A stretch of DNA of 64,000 nucleotides from Bacteroidota bacterium (GTDB taxonomy: Bacteria > Bacteroidota > Ignavibacteria > Kapaibacteriales > UBA2268): assembly GCA_004322215.1 (NCBI GenBank), contig SCSM01000039.1, forward strand, positions 96,744 to 160,743. Reading direction: 5' to 3'. The notes under the pieces are model-generated. The model ran no database searches. It was not told the DNA's origin and saw only the letters and a list, made by a program, of their open reading frames with translations. How positions within the stretch are numbered: position 1 is the stretch's first letter; each line of letters starts with the position of its first letter. Shown piece by piece: positions 47,783-58,149 of the stretch. The position numbers and the translations under genes are program-made.

Positions 47783-50551
47783 TTACAACTTTACAAATTT
47801 AACTGCTTTTGTATAATATTTATTTGAAATAATCAGATAATATGTTCCTGACGAAAGTTCAGAAACATTTATTGATTTTTCATTTGAATTTATATTATCA
47901 ATCGTGATTACTTCTCTTCCGAAAATATCTTTGATTGATATATTGTCAAATATTATATCATTATTCCACTCAATCTTCAATGTTGAATTATCAATTATAG
48001 GATTAGGATATAATTCTATATCGCCAATAATATTTTCATTAATTACTGATGTCGGCAGCACACCGAGTATGTAATATTTATCCTCTCCATAAGGAATTCG
48101 GGTTCTCCAGCCATGATTATCTGTTGCTGTGAAATAATATTTGAGATATTTATTTGAATCGGATAGATTTAATGAAACGGAAACATCTGAATTTATTTTC
48201 AGCTCATAGCTAATGGAATCTTCCTTTCCTGTTCCATCAATATAATGAAGATAGGCAGAAGTCAACTGCCATCCAGAGTCATAAACATCACCATAAATTC
48301 TACATTCAAAATAGAGATTGCCTTGTGGCTTAACGCTGTACAATGGATAATGATAAATATACGGTGCGTGGTTCCAGCAATACTCTGAAAAACCCTTAAG
48401 ATTGCTGTAATCACTTCTCCAGGTAGTGTACATCATGCCTTTGAAGTATTTTGTTTTTTGTGTCCATTCTTTCCAAATACGAATATTGTTAATACCTGCA
48501 TCATAGTAAGGAGCGGAAATTTGAGGGAACCCGCGTGAGGAGAAATATTTAAGACTTAAATCGGCTGAATCAGAATTCCAGTTTGCCATTCCGATAGTAT
48601 TAGGAATTACATTAGCACTGCCTCTCAAATCACCATTGACAAGATAATAATTTCCTGCTTTTGCATTATGAAATTCATCGAACATATCAGTCCATGTCCA
48701 AATGTCAGCATTGGGCTTGTATTTATGTATAATATCAACACACCTGTTGACATTATCGGCAAGAATCTGAGCAGGTGTCAATCCCCTTTCCTGGTCTGCA
48801 TTGTCCCAATTCATAACTCTTATCTCATCATGATTCATAAAGTATGTATCTGCATCGAGAAGACTGTCGAGAGATTTGAAAATCTGCTCCATTATTTCAT
48901 AAACTTTCGGTTCGGACATCGAACACATCACCTGGTCATCATAAATAATTACAGTATGACAATAGGACATAAGAAGAGTATCGCCATTATGAATCGAACC
49001 CGAAGATTTGATTCTGAAAGTTGGTGGAATATGGTATGAAGTATAAACTCCGTTATAAGGCTTTCTTCCACATAAGGTATCAATTAGAGATTCAAAATCC
49101 ACACTTTCAACTATTAATCCATCTTTATAAGGATTATCAACAAACAGAGGTGCGCCCGGTCTTCTGATTAAATTTACAAAAGGAATTTCTTCGAGTATTA
49201 AATCATCCCACCAGATTTTACCGCTTTGTACTCCCCATACTCCCCAGTACACACCGATAGTGTCGTTGTCGAGAGAATTGAATGTAATATCAAATTTTTT
49301 CCATCCATTTGTGTTCCATCCTATACCTGTGTTCTTGAAATTCAGCGTTCTGCCTGTATTACCCAGAACGAGAAACCTGGGGAAATCACCAGCATCGAGA
49401 TTCTCTGTTCTCACCCATGCACCCATGTGATATAATGTGTAGGGCTGGCAAGGGATACGTATATTTATACGTGCATTTTGATTCTTATATTGAGGGAAAA
49501 TCTCGAATCTGATACTTGCATTGCCTGAATGCTTTATTTGAGTATCAACAAAACTCATTTGCCCCGGTCTGTCAATCCAGTTGAATCCGGGGAAATTATT
49601 TCCATTGTAATTTTCAAATCCGGGATTTGAAAGAGTAACATTAACCTGGGGAATTAGTCTTGCAGTATCTGCTTCTATAACAAACTTCTGATTCCTGACA
49701 GGCAGTCCTGCCGCAAGATTCGGGTCATTGAAAAGAAAATCGTTAGAGTAGCCGAAAGAAAAAGTTGCTGGAACTATCTTAAGGTATTTCTCTTTGGCAA
49801 ATTTTTTAACAGACATTAAAGAATCAACATACCTTGGACTGTCAAAATAATTCCAAAGGAAGCTGAATTTGGAATCTGCCAGGAGCAAGCCATTCAGCTT
49901 GTACGATGATGCCTCCTGCCAAATTGTTTTTGCTTTGGTAATATTTGCTCCTACATAATGATTATTGGGATAATAAAACCAGCGAATAGGAAATTCAGGT
50001 GCATCTACGACTCTGCATAAATATATACCATTAGAAACACTCTGTTTATCGAGTAACTGGAAGAATGTGTTTATTCCATAGTGCAAGCCGTTTGTATCGC
50101 ACCCGGCTATAATAGCCTGCTGAGCCATAATATCCAGGATATATCCTTCTTTTCCCGGATAAGTTTCGCTGATTTCCACTTTCTGGTCAGGAATATGATA
50201 AAATAAATTGTTTATAAACGATTCAGTATAACCGAGAACTACACCATTAAGCAAAGTGTCAGCATCTGACCAATAAGAATATTCAAGCGTGTCAATTCCT
50301 CTCAATCTCAATTCCTGATTGAACTCCTGTGCCTGTCTCAGAGCGGGTAGCTGAGGATTCAGATATATCTTTTTAGTTGAATCGAAGAAAAACACGGCAG
50401 AGTAAACCAAACGGACATAAGCCTGACGCGGCTTGGGAACAATCTCCTCAAAAAACTGAGCAAATAAATGAGTTGAAGATATCAATACTAAAGTAAATAT
50501 AAATTTGAACATAATAACCTCAAAACGTACTTTCCTTTTTATTAATAACAA
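47783..50551 (-). CDS. T9SS-secreted putative glycoside hydrolase-like protein (GH20b-like N-domain, CBM4/9-like module, T9SS C-terminal domain)
   Basis: GH20 domain-2-like segment (KEGYILDIMAQQAIIAGCDTNGLHYGINTFFQLLD). CBM-like region (NPGFENYNGNNFPG...). C-terminal sorting domain (IELYPNPIIDNSTLKIE...GTYYLIISNKYYTKAVKFVKL). The likely true start is the internal MFKFIFTLVLISS signal peptide. Confidence 0.4.
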   Translation of the reverse strand: MLLIKRKVRFEVIMFKFIFTLVLISSTHLFAQFFEEIVPKPRQAYVRLVYSAVFFFDSTKKIYLNPQLPALRQAQEFNQELRLRGIDTLEYSYWSDADTLLNGVVLGYTESFINNLFYHIPDQKVEISETYPGKEGYILDIMAQQAIIAGCDTNGLHYGINTFFQLLDKQSVSNGIYLCRVVDAPEFPIRWFYYPNNHYVGANITKAKTIWQEASSYKLNGLLLADSKFSFLWNYFDSPRYVDSLMSVKKFAKEKYLKIVPATFSFGYSNDFLFNDPNLAAGLPVRNQKFVIEADTARLIPQVNVTLSNPGFENYNGNNFPGFNWIDRPGQMSFVDTQIKHSGNASIRFEIFPQYKNQNARINIRIPCQPYTLYHMGAWVRTENLDAGDFPRFLVLGNTGRTLNFKNTGIGWNTNGWKKFDITFNSLDNDTIGVYWGVWGVQSGKIWWDDLILEEIPFVNLIRRPGAPLFVDNPYKDGLIVESVDFESLIDTLCGRKPYNGVYTSYHIPPTFRIKSSGSIHNGDTLLMSYCHTVIIYDDQVMCSMSEPKVYEIMEQIFKSLDSLLDADTYFMNHDEIRVMNWDNADQERGLTPAQILADNVNRCVDIIHKYKPNADIWTWTDMFDEFHNAKAGNYYLVNGDLRGSANVIPNTIGMANWNSDSADLSLKYFSSRGFPQISAPYYDAGINNIRIWKEWTQKTKYFKGMMYTTWRSDYSNLKGFSEYCWNHAPYIYHYPLYSVKPQGNLYFECRIYGDVYDSGWQLTSAYLHYIDGTGKEDSISYELKINSDVSVSLNLSDSNKYLKYYFTATDNHGWRTRIPYGEDKYYILGVLPTSVINENIIGDIELYPNPIIDNSTLKIEWNNDIIFDNISIKDIFGREVITIDNINSNEKSINVSELSSGTYYLIISNKYYTKAVKFVKL

Positions 50552-50664
50552 ATTAAATAAAAAAAGGTTGCAGAATTTAAAATTATTATTTGGTTACAAA
50601 AATTCCCTTTCACTTTTAAATTGAATTACATTTTAATAAGTTTCCATTGTATTAATGGATTTTT

Positions 50665-52356
50665 ATGTCAAATACATCAAAAAATATAGTTATCATAGGC
50701 GGAATGGCATCAGGGTGCAAAACCGCTGCAAGATTGAAGAGAATCAAACCGGATTATAATATTACAATCATTGAAAAGAAACCGTTTGTCTCTTATGGTA
50801 CATGCGGTATGCCTTTCTATGCATCCGGAGAAGTTGATGATTTCTACGATTTGGCAATAACATCATGGGGAACAATCCGCGATGCTGAATATTTCAAAAA
50901 AGCGAAAGATATAAATGTTCTGACTGAAACGGTTGTTAAAAATATAGATTTAGAGAGCAAACAGGTTCACTGTCAGAATTCTAAGGATTACAGCAGGTTT
51001 CCACTTTCTTTCACTAAGCTTGTGATTTGTACGGGGGCAAAGCCGAAGAAGCCACCTTTTTCTGTTCCTCATTCTGAAAAGATTTCAACTTTTCATAATC
51101 CTCTCGATGCAAAAAAATTCAGGGAGTTCGTTCAAAGAGGAAAAATTGGGAAAGCAATTATTATAGGCGGTGGTTTTGTCGGTTGTGAATTAGCTGAATC
51201 ACTTGTAAGTTTATGGGGTATAGAATCACATCTCGTCGAGCTTGAAGAACGGCTTCTGCCAACTTCTTTGGATGAAGAAATGTCACTATTTCTTGAAAAG
51301 ACATTCAAAAATAATGGAATATATCTTCATCTTTCATCGAAAGTTGAGAAATTAGAAATAAATAATGCAGGAAATCCTGAAGTTCATCTTATTAATGGTG
51401 AGAGCATAAACTCAGACTATGTTTTCCTTTGTATTGGAATTGAACCTGAAATTAAGCTTGCCAGTTCAATCGGAGTTAAAACCGGAGTGAATGGTGGAAT
51501 ATTAGTTGATTCTCAGATGAGGACGAATATAGAGAATGTATGGGCTGGAGGAGATTGCGTCGAAGTAAAATCACTCATTACTGGCAAGCATGAACTATTT
51601 CCATTCGGTTCACTCGCAAACAGACAGGGGAGAGTGATTGCTGATTCAATTGCAGGAAAGAAATCCGAATTCAAAGGTGCAGTTGGTGCGATTTCATTAA
51701 AAGTCTTCGGATTAATTGTTGCTGCTTGCGGTCTAACAGAGAAAGAGGCAATTAATAATGATTATAATGCTGGAATAGTTTGGGGTTCCTGGCAGGACAG
51801 ACCTGATTACCATCCTGATTCAAAATTATTGTTTGGTAAATTGCTCTATGAAAAAGGGACTTTGAAACTTCTTGGAATTCAACTTGCAGGTAAAGGAGAA
51901 GTGACAAGATACATTGATGTATTTTCGACTTTAATCTCGAAAGATGCAACTGTTCACGGTTTAATTGATGTCGAGCATTCATATACTCCTCCTCATTCAT
52001 CGCCGATGAATCCACTGAATTCGCTCGGTGCGATGGCTCTATCACAGGAAGAAGATAGTATTATGGCATTGAATCCGCTATTACTCAATAATTACATAGG
52101 TAATGTACTTGATGTAAGAGAATCCACTGAAATCAACAATGAAGGACTTGGAAAAAGAGCAAAAGAATTTCCGGTGATGGAGTACAGAGAAAAATTAAAT
52201 ATATTTGACAAGAATAAACAATTACTTATTGTATGTCAGAAAGGACCGAGGTCTTATGAAGCAGCAAGAACATTTATCAATGAGGGATTCAGGGATGTTA
52301 AATATCTTGGCGGTGGATTGCAGTTCGCTAAAACTGTACTTGATGATGAAGAATAA
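50665..52356 (+). CDS. CoA-disulfide reductase / NADH oxidase family flavoprotein fused to a C-terminal rhodanese domain
   Basis: FAD fold (IVIIGGMASGCKTAARL). Redox Cys (SYGTCGMP). Second Rossmann motif (AIIIGGGFVGCELAE). C-terminal rhodanese with active Cys (LIVCQKGPRSYEAA). Confidence 0.7.
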   Translation: MSNTSKNIVIIGGMASGCKTAARLKRIKPDYNITIIEKKPFVSYGTCGMPFYASGEVDDFYDLAITSWGTIRDAEYFKKAKDINVLTETVVKNIDLESKQVHCQNSKDYSRFPLSFTKLVICTGAKPKKPPFSVPHSEKISTFHNPLDAKKFREFVQRGKIGKAIIIGGGFVGCELAESLVSLWGIESHLVELEERLLPTSLDEEMSLFLEKTFKNNGIYLHLSSKVEKLEINNAGNPEVHLINGESINSDYVFLCIGIEPEIKLASSIGVKTGVNGGILVDSQMRTNIENVWAGGDCVEVKSLITGKHELFPFGSLANRQGRVIADSIAGKKSEFKGAVGAISLKVFGLIVAACGLTEKEAINNDYNAGIVWGSWQDRPDYHPDSKLLFGKLLYEKGTLKLLGIQLAGKGEVTRYIDVFSTLISKDATVHGLIDVEHSYTPPHSSPMNPLNSLGAMALSQEEDSIMALNPLLLNNYIGNVLDVRESTEINNEGLGKRAKEFPVMEYREKLNIFDKNKQLLIVCQKGPRSYEAARTFINEGFRDVKYLGGGLQFAKTVLDDEE

Positions 52357-52392
52357 ATAATGTTATAAATTTGCATAAATAATTTGGAATAA

Positions 52393-53592
52393 ATGGAACA
52401 AAATAAATCATACTTGTATGTAGTTGGTATAAGCCATAAGACTGCTTCAGTTGCGGAAAGAGAGAAATATCAGTTCAGCCGCAAGGAATTGCCAAGAGTA
52501 TTGAAAATGATTTTTGAATTTGAAGGAGTACAGGGTATTGCAATAGTTACAACATGCAATCGGCTCGAATTCTATCTTGTTCTCGATTCGGGAAAAAATC
52601 CTTTCGATATAATCGAGAAATTTTATTTATTTAATAAAGTTGATACAACGAATATTGATAAACTATTTTATACTTATTCTCTGCCTGAAGTTACACGACA
52701 TCTATTTCGTGTGATTTGCGGTTTGGAGTCACTTGTGCTTGGTGAGTATCAGATACTCGGTCAGGTAAGGGAGGCGTACAGTATTGCCTGTGAAGCGAAG
52801 ACCTGCGAAAAGATTTTGCACAAATTATTTCATGCTGCATTCCGCGCCGGTAAAAATGTGAGGAATTCAACTTCACTCGGTTCAGGTAAGCAATCGGTCA
52901 GTGGTGTTGCCTCAAAAATATTAATTGATAATTTGAAAAAGAATGATTCTGTTGCAATTATAGGTGTAAATGAAAACTCAAAAATACTTGCCGGTGAGTT
53001 GAAGAATTCAGGATTTTCAAATTTTTTATTTGTTAACAGGACATTGTATAAGGCAGAAATAATGGCTGAACAATATGGTGGGAAAGTATTCGGTCTCGAT
53101 AAAATTGAGAAAGCATTATCCGAATCAAAAGCAGCTTTCACCAGCACTGGTGCTCCGGGTTATATAATTACAAACGACATTTTCGATAAATTGATTCTTA
53201 AAAAACGATTACCAAAATTGATTGTTGATATGGCAGTACCGCGTGATGTAGATATGTCTCAAATTGCAGATGAAATCAATTATTGGGATTTGAGCCGATT
53301 GCAGGATTATCTCGCGAGGCAAGTTCAGGAGCAGCTTTCTGACTTGCCAATTGCTGAAAGCATAATCGAGGAAGAGGTGCAAATCTTTCAGGCATGGACT
53401 GAAATGCAGAATAATAGTTTGTTGGAACCTTATGCTGAAAAGTTTGAATTGGTAAGGCAGGATTTATTGAAAGAATACAAAGAACAGATGTCTGACAATG
53501 CATTTTTAAATCTCGACCGCTTTTCACGTTCACTCGTACACCGCCTCCAGTCAACTTTTACGAGGGCGCTGATTAATAACAAGGGAAAGTAG
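52393..53592 (+). CDS. hemA: Glutamyl-tRNA reductase
   Basis: GluTR signature (VTTCNRLEFY). NADPH-binding domain. 399 aa. Confidence 0.8.
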   Translation: MEQNKSYLYVVGISHKTASVAEREKYQFSRKELPRVLKMIFEFEGVQGIAIVTTCNRLEFYLVLDSGKNPFDIIEKFYLFNKVDTTNIDKLFYTYSLPEVTRHLFRVICGLESLVLGEYQILGQVREAYSIACEAKTCEKILHKLFHAAFRAGKNVRNSTSLGSGKQSVSGVASKILIDNLKKNDSVAIIGVNENSKILAGELKNSGFSNFLFVNRTLYKAEIMAEQYGGKVFGLDKIEKALSESKAAFTSTGAPGYIITNDIFDKLILKKRLPKLIVDMAVPRDVDMSQIADEINYWDLSRLQDYLARQVQEQLSDLPIAESIIEEEVQIFQAWTEMQNNSLLEPYAEKFELVRQDLLKEYKEQMSDNAFLNLDRFSRSLVHRLQSTFTRALINNKGK

Positions 53593-53705
53593 AATTCATT
53601 CTTAAAACCATGGAAATAAATATTATTTCAAAATTTCTAATTAATCTTTATTTTTGGATTGAAATTTGATTAATAATTTATTTTCAAATACAGTTTTGTT
53701 TTAAA

Positions 53706-54497
53706 ATGGCTTTATCTGTTTCATCAATATCGAATTCATCATATATAAGTTCGGTTTATGAACCGCAACCGGCTTATAGACCGGTAAGTGAAGGAATTAA
53801 AAGTATTGCTCCTATCGATGCAAAAGGTAATCAGCAAATTCCACAAGATAGATTCACACCGTCCAATACACCAGGAAAAAGTACGGATGACAAATCTAAT
53901 GAAACGTATAATTCTTCGGGAATTAAAATAACATTAGCAAAATCAAATAATGTAAATATATTAAATAGAAATCCAACGGATAAACAGCAGGGTGTAAAAG
54001 GTGAACAAAGTCCTGATGTCAAATTGACAATTGCCGATTTAGAAAAAAGAGACCGTGAAGTCAGGGCGCATGAGAATGCACACAAAGTTGTCGGAGGGGG
54101 GCTTGTCAAAGGAGGAACATCTTTCACTTATACGACTGGACCAGATGGTAAACAATATGCCACAGGTGGTGAAGTCCAGATTGACATCTCGCCTGTCAAA
54201 GGTGACCCTGAAGCAACGATTCAGAAGATGAACCAAGTGAGAGCTGCAGCATTAGCTCCGGCTGACCCCTCACCTCAGGACAGAAGCGTAGCTGCACTTG
54301 CTTCGGCAATTGCCGCCAGCGCCAGAGCTGAATTATCGAGTCAAAAATCTGGCAACACAACATCAGGTATAAAACAAAATGAAAAAATTATAAAATCATA
54401 CCTGAATAATGAAATTAATAATAATTCCAGTCACACATATCAACAGTACAGCATTTCAGCCGGCTCAATTGCTTCGCTAAAAAAATTTGAACAATGA
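53706..54497 (+). CDS. HEN-motif putative metal-binding protein (SprA-related family-like)
   Basis: VRAHENAHKVVGGG...YTTGPDGKQYATGGEVQIDIS motif, with a low-complexity N-terminus. Confidence 0.35.
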   Translation: MALSVSSISNSSYISSVYEPQPAYRPVSEGIKSIAPIDAKGNQQIPQDRFTPSNTPGKSTDDKSNETYNSSGIKITLAKSNNVNILNRNPTDKQQGVKGEQSPDVKLTIADLEKRDREVRAHENAHKVVGGGLVKGGTSFTYTTGPDGKQYATGGEVQIDISPVKGDPEATIQKMNQVRAAALAPADPSPQDRSVAALASAIAASARAELSSQKSGNTTSGIKQNEKIIKSYLNNEINNNSSHTYQQYSISAGSIASLKKFEQ

Positions 54498-54604
54498 AAC
54501 TTAGTCATAAATTTCATTTCTTCTTTTAAAAAATAATAAATTCATATTTTCGTATTCGCTTTTTATTCAATTTTAAGAAAAACAATAATTAATCAGGATT
54601 AAGT

Positions 54605-56284
54605 ATGCCGGAAAATAATGAAATTACATTACCATCGAATTTTATAAAGAAAATAATTGATGACGACCTGCTTACAAATAAATGGGGCGGACGTGTTAAC
54701 ACACGTTTCCCTCCTGAGCCAAACGGTTACCTGCATATTGGACATGCAAAATCAATCTGTCTGAATTTTGGACTAGCAAATGAATTTAAAGGATTATGCA
54801 ATCTTCGTTTTGATGACACAAATCCTTCGAAAGAGGAAACTGAATATGTTGAATCAATAATGGAGGATGTCCACTGGCTGGGCTTTGATTGGCAAGACAG
54901 GTGCTATTATGCATCCGATTATTTTGATAAATTATATGATTATGCGGTTCAGTTGATAAAAGATGGAAAAGCGTATGTTTGCGATTTAAGTGCTGATGAA
55001 ATGCGTGAAACGAGAGGTACGTTAACAGAACCTGGGCAGAACAGCCCATTCCGCAACCGTACAGTAGAAGAGAATCTTGATTTATTCGAAAGAATGAAAA
55101 AAGGTGAATTCGAGGATGGTGCAAAAACTTTACGAGCAAAAATTGACATGACATCGGGTAATCTGAATATGCGTGACCCTGTCATATATAGAATACTTAA
55201 AGTTGACCATCACAGAACCGGTGATAAATGGTGTATTTATCCGATGTATGATTTTACTCATTGCCTTTCAGATTCGATTGAACATATAACACATTCGATT
55301 TGTACACTCGAATTTGAAGACCACAGACCTCTCTACGACTGGTTTCTTGATGAATTGGGGGTGTATCACCCACAGCAAATTGAATTTGCAAGATTGAATT
55401 TGTCATATACATTAATGAGCAAACGCAAGCTTCTTGCACTCGTCGAAGAAAAAATCGTTTCCGGCTGGGATGACCCCCGAATGCCTACTATTTGCGGTTT
55501 AAGAAGGAGGGGCTATACACCAGAATCAATCCGTGATTTTGCGGAACGAATCGGTGTTGCAAAAAAAGACAGCACAGTTGATTTTGCATTTCTGGAGCAT
55601 TGCATTCGTGAAGACTTGAATAAACACGTACACCGTGTTATGGGTGTGCTGAATCCACTGAAAGTCGTGATTGACAATTATCCCGATGATTTGATTGAGG
55701 AAGTTGAAGCAATAAACAATCCCGAAGATTTGTCAATGGGAACGCGTATACTTCCTTTCTCTAAAGTTATATACATCGAAAAAGATGATTTTATGATTGA
55801 CCCGCCGAAGAAGTATTACCGTCTTGCTCCGGGAAGAGAAGTGCGTCTCCGATATGCATACTATATCAAATGTGTTGATTTCGTAAAAGATGATGATACA
55901 GGTGAAATCAAAGAAGTTCACTGCACATATGACCCTGAAACAAAGGGCGGCTCTTCTCCTGATGGTAGAAAAGTTCAGGGAACAATTCATTGGGTTTCTG
56001 CCGCTCATTGTGTAGATGCGGAAATCAGATTGTACGACCATTTATTCAATACTGAAAATCCCGGCGAGGGTGATTACAAGCAATATCTTAATCCAAATTC
56101 TCTCGAAGTTGTAGATGCAAAAGTAGAACCGATGCTGGAGAATGCAGAGCCATCAAGCCGCTGGCAATTCGAACGTGTAGGTTATTTCTGTGCTGACAGC
56201 AAAGACACACAGCCGGGAAAGCCTGTTTTTAATCGCACAGTAACACTTAAGGACACCTGGGCGAAAATTGTGAAGAAGGGATGA
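54605..56284 (+). CDS. glnS: Glutaminyl-tRNA synthetase
   Basis: Class I HIGH motif ([14 protein letters not shown]). KMSKS-type motif (LMSKRKL). 559 aa, consistent with GlnRS length and anticodon-binding beta-barrels. Confidence 0.8.
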   Translation: MPENNEITLPSNFIKKIIDDDLLTNKWGGRVNTRFPPEPNGYLHIGHAKSICLNFGLANEFKGLCNLRFDDTNPSKEETEYVESIMEDVHWLGFDWQDRCYYASDYFDKLYDYAVQLIKDGKAYVCDLSADEMRETRGTLTEPGQNSPFRNRTVEENLDLFERMKKGEFEDGAKTLRAKIDMTSGNLNMRDPVIYRILKVDHHRTGDKWCIYPMYDFTHCLSDSIEHITHSICTLEFEDHRPLYDWFLDELGVYHPQQIEFARLNLSYTLMSKRKLLALVEEKIVSGWDDPRMPTICGLRRRGYTPESIRDFAERIGVAKKDSTVDFAFLEHCIREDLNKHVHRVMGVLNPLKVVIDNYPDDLIEEVEAINNPEDLSMGTRILPFSKVIYIEKDDFMIDPPKKYYRLAPGREVRLRYAYYIKCVDFVKDDDTGEIKEVHCTYDPETKGGSSPDGRKVQGTIHWVSAAHCVDAEIRLYDHLFNTENPGEGDYKQYLNPNSLEVVDAKVEPMLENAEPSSRWQFERVGYFCADSKDTQPGKPVFNRTVTLKDTWAKIVKKG

Positions 56285-56334
56285 GAAGAATTTTTAATTT
56301 TCAATTTTACAATTTTCAACAAATTTTAAATGAA

Positions 56335-56475
56335 TCAAGTAATATCAGGAAATTCACTTGGTTTCAATCTCACAATTTTTCCGTTCCTGGAGATAATGAG
56401 TTCCTCGTTGTTTTTCCTTTTCTCTTCGAGAAGCCGCTTGTAGTAAAGCTTTAAACCTTCCTCAATTTTAGACAT
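56335..56475 (-). CDS. Small hypothetical protein (46 aa), not in the ORF track
   Basis: MSKIEEGLKLYYKRLLEEKRKNNEELIISRNGKIVRLKPSEFPDIT, preceded by a good SD (CAGGATGATATT-ATG). Lies downstream of and co-oriented with the 291-aa hypothetical gene. Confidence 0.25.
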   Translation of the reverse strand: MSKIEEGLKLYYKRLLEEKRKNNEELIISRNGKIVRLKPSEFPDIT

Positions 56476-56621
56476 AATATCATCCTGTTTGATTTTACTT
56501 TTCAAAATATTCTCGTTACAATTTCTTTACTACAACTATATATTCATTATTCATAGTAGATGCGGTAATACCTGTTTTATTTGTAGGGCTGTTTGCTTTT
56601 GGCATTCGAATTTAAAATTAT

Positions 56622-57497
56622 TTATAATGAATTCACGAATAATATTGATTTATTTAATTCTAGCAAAAGTATGAATCTTATACCCGCGGGTGTAATGTAA
56701 TAAGATTTTGATTTTCTTTCATTAAATCTTGCTAATAGACCTAACTCAATTGCATAATTTGAATACATTGTAAAAGCATCTCTCTGAGCTTTATCTGCCC
56801 ATTCACTTACTTTACCAGTTAATTTTGCAAAGAATCTTCTTCCTTCGTCGAAAGGTACGGGATAATAGTTTTTTGACAAAACAAAGATTGTTTCAACAGC
56901 AGAATAAATACCAAAAACAGCAGGACTGACAAATGGATTTTTTGTTATATATTCTCTTAGTATCTTAGTCTGTTGATCTGATATATAATCAATTGGGTAA
57001 TTAAGTTCTCTTTTTGTCACATATTCTAAACCTAGATTTGTAAGTTTGGCTCTGTATTTTTCAACATAGATTAAACCTAATTCATTAGATAATTTTAAAT
57101 AACTACTTACAGTACTTATTGTTCGGTCTATTTTTTTTGCAATTGATGGAATTAAAGTATCTTTTTTGTAATTGATAGCATATAAAATCTGATTAAGTAA
57201 TTTCAAACTCCAAAGTCCATGGTTTGTTGGTTTTATTTGAATCAATCCCCTTATAGCTTTGATTTTATAATACCAATTTTTTAGTAAGTCATAAGGAGAA
57301 TATTTTATTGGTACTATATCTAATTCTTTACAAAATTGTATATGTTTATTGTCGAATTCAGGGCATAATAAATAAGCAGAAATAGGTAAAATTGGTAATT
57401 CTTCCTGTTTCTGTAATTTTTCTAAATCATGTTTATACTCAATAATCTGTTCACAAAATTTTCTTTCACTCCTTACTGCTTTTAATTCTATTAGCAA
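56622..57497 (-). CDS. Hypothetical protein; possible N-terminally truncated PD-(D/E)xK-type nuclease-fold protein
   Basis: TTG start in the track. The open frame extends upstream to an in-frame TGA at ~57651 and encodes ...GGILDLLFLSNKNLLLIELK (D-x13-ExK pattern) spanning the annotated start. No ATG/GTG is available upstream. Confidence 0.35.
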   Translation of the reverse strand: MLIELKAVRSERKFCEQIIEYKHDLEKLQKQEELPILPISAYLLCPEFDNKHIQFCKELDIVPIKYSPYDLLKNWYYKIKAIRGLIQIKPTNHGLWSLKLLNQILYAINYKKDTLIPSIAKKIDRTISTVSSYLKLSNELGLIYVEKYRAKLTNLGLEYVTKRELNYPIDYISDQQTKILREYITKNPFVSPAVFGIYSAVETIFVLSKNYYPVPFDEGRRFFAKLTGKVSEWADKAQRDAFTMYSNYAIELGLLARFNERKSKSYYITPAGIRFILLLELNKSILFVNSL

Positions 57498-57754
57498 TAA
57501 ATTTTTATTTGATAAAAAAAGTAAATCAAGAATTCCACCTGAAGGTAATTTTTTCTGTCTGCTGACTAAGGAAATACTACTTTCAATAGAAAGTAAATTT
57601 CTAACTTCATCAAGTTGAGTAGCAAATATATCTTCGATTTGAGATTCTCAAATTTGTTTTTTGATAAACGTAATTATAAAAATAAAAATCTTTGAAAGCA
57701 AGATATTTATTTAATAATGTTATTGAAATAGAATAAAATAAATCCTATTCCTTT

Positions 57755-58057
57755 TTAATTCATCACACAACATTCCTCAACACACTTTTCCATCACTTTC
57801 AATACAAAAAACCCCTTCTTTGTAGGTTTAGACCATACACATCGGTTGTAATCGAAAATAGTACCGCGCATATATCCGTTAAGAATCATCTGCCTGGCGC
57901 ATATATTTATTTCCCTTTCACTGTATTTGTTCAGAAACACCTTTCTACCTGCAGCTTCCATTAAAAGCATACCGAAAAGCTCGTCCGAAGACTTCTCTTC
58001 CGGCTCGATGTCCTCAAAAAAGGGCTTATCGAATTTAATATGTATTTTACTCGGCAT
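57755..58057 (-). CDS. Hypothetical protein (100 aa, Cys-rich C-terminus)
   Basis: ORF with no recognisable motifs. Co-oriented with the downstream hypothetical genes. Confidence 0.3.
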   Translation of the reverse strand: MPSKIHIKFDKPFFEDIEPEEKSSDELFGMLLMEAAGRKVFLNKYSEREINICARQMILNGYMRGTIFDYNRCVWSKPTKKGFFVLKVMEKCVEECCVMN

Positions 58058-58149
58058 AATTTTTTTAAATTTACAAATAAATATGATTTTAATAATGATA
58101 AATTCTTTATAAATGTAATCGTCTAAAGATAATTTAAATATAAAATTTT

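Noticed and set aside
56663-56672. GC-rich perfect palindrome ACCCGCGGGT inside the 3' end of the 291-aa hypothetical gene
   Set aside because: A single 10-bp palindrome inside coding sequence has no evident function. It is noted only as context for the islet.
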